The translations under genes and the position numbers were made by a program. Below the pieces are notes generated by a model that searched no databases, was not told the origin of the DNA, and was given only the letters and a program-made list of their open reading frames with translations. From Haplodiscus bocki (Eukaryota), in NCBI GenBank assembly GCA_965655095.1, contig OZ296650.1, positions 53,754,001 through 53,818,000 on the forward strand: a stretch of DNA of 64,000 nt. Reading direction: 5' to 3'. Positions 60,480 through 64,000 of the stretch are shown piece by piece (the first letter of the stretch is position 1; the number at the start of each line of letters is the position of its first letter).

Positions 60480-62240
60480 CCAATGTGATATGAACGATAG
60501 CTATAAAAAGCTGAGCAACCTAAAAAAATCAGACATTCCTGAGAAAATGGTTGACCCTATAAAGCAAACAGTGATTGGATTCCCTGCTATTTCAAATGCC
60601 TTCAACAAGTTTTTTGTTTCAGTGTCCAACGCGTCCGACAACCATATCAATGGTTTCACAGATACCGAACTGAAGGAAATTGAAATTTCGGTTGAAATGG
60701 CAAAAGAGTTTCTGAATGCATGAAGTGATGGATTTGGCCCTGACCTCAAACCTGGTCAAGTAATACGAAAATGATCAAACAGTCTTTCCATCCACTTCAA
60801 CAACTTAGTGGCTTTTATGAGGGAAGCTGGCGTTTATCCGACTTCATGGGACCAAACTATCATTAATCTTTTTTTCAAGCATGCTCCGAAAGCTGGGATT
60901 ACAAATTATCCCCCCCATTGCATCTCTCTCAAAACTATCATTAGCATCAGAAAAAATCATTTATGCTACTGTCTCCAAGCACCTGCAGAACATATTATCT
61001 TCCCATTTTTTGGTTTTTCGAAGGTCTAGATCATGGACTATTCCACAACTTTTTTTCGATGAAAGTTTCGGATGGATTCATTGTATTGAAAAACCATATG
61101 CTATATATTCGGATATATCTACAGCCTACGATCAGGGAGATCACTCTATTCTCTTCCAAAACATACAGCGTTTGGGCTTGGGTGTGTCACTACAAAAAGT
61201 GGTTGCTTCTAGCCTGCGAAACCGAGTGCAACAAGTAAAAAGTAAAAGAGTTATCTTTCTGACGAGTTATCGATCACCCGTGGAGTCCCACAAGTCTCAA
61301 TGCTTGGTAAAATTTTCTTTCTTGCATTCATTAACGACGTCCCGGAGTACCGTAATTGCCACTCTTGTGTTTTTGCTGATGACCTAAAGCTAGCTAGTTT
61401 TTCCCCATTTGATCTCAAAAACGATTAATTGTCACTACTTATAAGAAGCAATGAGAGCAAACCTTCATTCAACTTCGGAAAAACAAAGCTATTTTTTTTC
61501 ACCAAATTTAGCGCTAATTGTGATCATCCAGTCCTGTTTAAAGGGTGTGAGATGTTTATTAACAATGGGAGTGTCCGGGATCTAGGTGTTTCCCCAAAAT
61601 TAACGTGAACCAGCCATGTGAATAAAAACTTTTCAATTTTCTTCAAACGATTTGCAATGCTACGACGAAACTTACCAAGAACTTTAAACCCCGTTACTAA
61701 ATATATTTTGTGTACATCTGACCTGCGCCAACTTATGCTTCAGGTGTCTTGCACCTAAACGAAAGTGACTTGAGAAAACTACCGAGCCGAGAGAATGTGT
61801 TTCAAGTGGGTGGATCACAGGCTGTCCTAACATCAACTTTTCCAAAAATAACAGCTGGTAATAATTTCACTGGCGCTACAATTGCAGGACCTACTGCTGT
61901 TCAACAACTTGACTTTCGGACGTGACGACTTCCCCATCTGGAACTACCTGTATCTCACTCAACGTAACCAAAGCTACGAACTGAGAACCAACTACTCAGA
62001 TACCTTCACAACAAACCCCACATGATTAAAAATGACGAGTGCTTTTTCTTTCGTTGTAGTAAAATCGACGCCAATTTTGTGTACCAGAAAAAAGTCTGAA
62101 GCTTCCAAGCCATTCCAAAAAACTCGATTTGGAATTGAAAAAAAAGTCTGGAATTATTATATAATTACCCATGAAGACAGTGGCTGCAGAGTGTTCTTAA
62201 AATGTGCTTGTTAAGAAAAGAAAGAAAGAAAGAAAGACTT
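60480..62240 (+). mobile_element. 5'-truncated, decayed non-LTR retrotransposon (CR1/L2-like LINE RT)
   Basis: NAFNKFFVSV, GPD, GVYPTSW, NYPPIASLSKLSLASEKII, AIYSDISTAYDQGDH, GVPQ.SMLG, FINDVP and FADDLKL; Cys-containing C-terminus ending at 62214, followed by (GAAA)n. Confidence 0.9.
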
Positions 62241-62753
62241 TTTTTCCACTTGGGCATCTTAAATGACATATACACTCGAAAGAAGAAATATCCTGCATAT
62301 GCACTTGTAGAGGACCCTCTATAAGGTCTTAACGTTTTCGAGAGAGGACCCGAAAGCTCCAAAGCTATATAGAAGCATTTGTTAAATTAGTTTCTCAGAC
62401 TTCGAAATGTGAGTTCAACTAGTGTCTCAGGGCAGCTGCTGTTTTTCGCTTCTCTCACCTTATGCATTAGTTGGTTTTCTGACCATTGAAGTATGTTATC
62501 GGTAGAGTAATAATTTGCGATGAATCATTTCATTACTTTTGATTCGCGGTTTTTTATAGACTGCTCCTCTCGCAAGTTCGAAGTACGAAGATGGTTGAAG
62601 GCACCGCTACTTACACTCCTCGTTTCATGAACAGTAAAGCGTTTCTTATAGAAGCTGTTAATAAAACCGGAGCAGTTTTATCCGCGCACTGATTCAAGAC
62701 AGAATGTAGGAAGCTCCATAGCGTACAACTACAACACATTCAAAAGCCCTATT

Positions 62754-62775
62754 TATATATATATATATATATATA
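62754..62775. repeat. (TA)11 microsatellite, probable 3' tail of the - strand LINE
   Basis: A perfect TA run directly abutting the LINE 3' UTR. Confidence 0.85.
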
Positions 62776-64000
62776 CTGAATTTACGCCCAAAGCGAGGGG
62801 ACTGCTCCCATTAAATGAGTTCATTGATAACAGTTTACGTTGTTGTTGCTCTTGAAATATCTGTCGAATCAGGTTTCAATAATTTATGCATTCATGATCA
62901 TCTGTCTTCTGTGGATGCTCCTACACGTTACACATAGGCAAACAGTGCCATGAGCAGATGTTGTTTTCTTGATTTTGTTCAACAAGCTTTTTCCACATTT
63001 GGGTAAGTAATTTCTTTTTGATATTTTCATTGTCGGTGATGTTCAAGTGTTTGGAAAGGACATTAGCTCGATAACAAGCACGATAAAAAAAATTGTCACG
63101 TAATAATTCACAGGATATTTGAGGTAAGTAGAACTGTATTTCATTTCGCCCATATTTCATAACAATATTGGAATCAAAATTTACATCATATTTGTGTGTA
63201 ACAATACCCGATAACAGAATAATTTCTTTCATCTCCATGAAATATGTCAAAGGCAAAATTTGCAGGTGAGATAATCTGTCCTTGTAGGAATCTAAATAGC
63301 ACATCCATTTGGTGAATTTCTTATTGAAGGCCTCTAGAGCTCTGACATCCATTCTTGATAACGAATAACACTCTGATGCATAGAGAAGTTGGGGGATAAT
63401 TGTACTCTTGTACAAGAGAAGTTTTGATTATTGCGAAATAGATTTGCTGACATTTCTCTTCAACATCTGGAATGTTTTGTTTGCCTTTGCAAGCTTAGTT
63501 TCTATATGAGCAGTCCATTGAGGTTGTTACTTACCACCAGACCCAGGTCAGTATTTCGAGTACACTCAGCAATTTCCTCAGAGTATATTTCAGGTGAAAA
63601 ATTTAGCTGTCCCTTGAGCAAGAGATAGTGACATTTCCTCGAGTTGAAAAGTAAAAAGCGGGTTTCACTCCAAATTTGCAAGCTCATGAGGTCGTTTTTG
63701 AGAAGAAATGATTGAGAGCAGGATCTGATTTATAGACCAGATAGGTCGTCGGCAAAAAGATATGCATATAAATAGAGCAATTCATTTGGTAAGTCATCGA
63801 TGTAGATAATGAAGCAAACAAGACCAATAAGGGTACCTTGTGCTACACCGCAATTGATTTTTTCCACTTTTGAAGTGGCGTTATTGATTTTCACCAATAT
63901 TTTCCTGTCTGTAATGTATGATGTAAGCAGTGAGTAAAATTTTGAGGATAACCCAAGTCGCTGGAGCTTTTTCATCAGAATTACATGGTCTATGCTATCA
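62776..64000 (-). mobile_element. 3' part of a non-LTR retrotransposon (CR1/L2-like LINE RT), running off the window
   Basis: DSIDHVILMKKL, CGVAQGTLIG, IYIDDLP, YLFADDL, FNSRKC, DLGLVVS, LYKSTIIPQLLYASE and YKDRLSHLQILPL; stop at 62921, short 3' UTR and TA tail. Confidence 0.92.

Overview
This is eukaryotic, animal-like, AT-rich genomic DNA with one 200-N scaffold gap (34035-34234). Bases 1-6010 hold the last six coding exons of a ciliary CFAP47 gene on the + strand; splice phases are consistent and the stop is at 6010. I could find no other host gene; the rest is repeat and endogenous-virus debris. The main feature is a full-length but decayed Polinton/Maverick (adintovirus-like) element at 42140-59666 (17.5 kb). 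It has ~650-bp terminal inverted repeats starting AGTAGT and an exact 6-bp target-site duplication (CAGTTC). Its - strand carries a morphogenesis/integration module: adenain-like protease, major capsid, truncated minor capsid, RVE integrase and A32/FtsK ATPase. A central accessory block follows, then a protein-primed B-family DNA polymerase on the + strand. Most notable observations: (i) the element split a decayed ORF of an unrecognised family, whose frame is restored by removing the insertion and which has a diverged inverted homolog at ~33-34 kb; (ii) four accessory genes share a PC4/PurA-like ssDNA-binding signature; (iii) a 98%-identical 247-bp internal duplication replaced most of the minor capsid gene and created an in-frame capsid-'LHAILHD' chimera; (iv) splice-acceptor-like motifs precede many viral start codons. 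Two convergent CR1/L2-type LINE remnants end the window. All family assignments come from motif recognition by eye; no searches were run.
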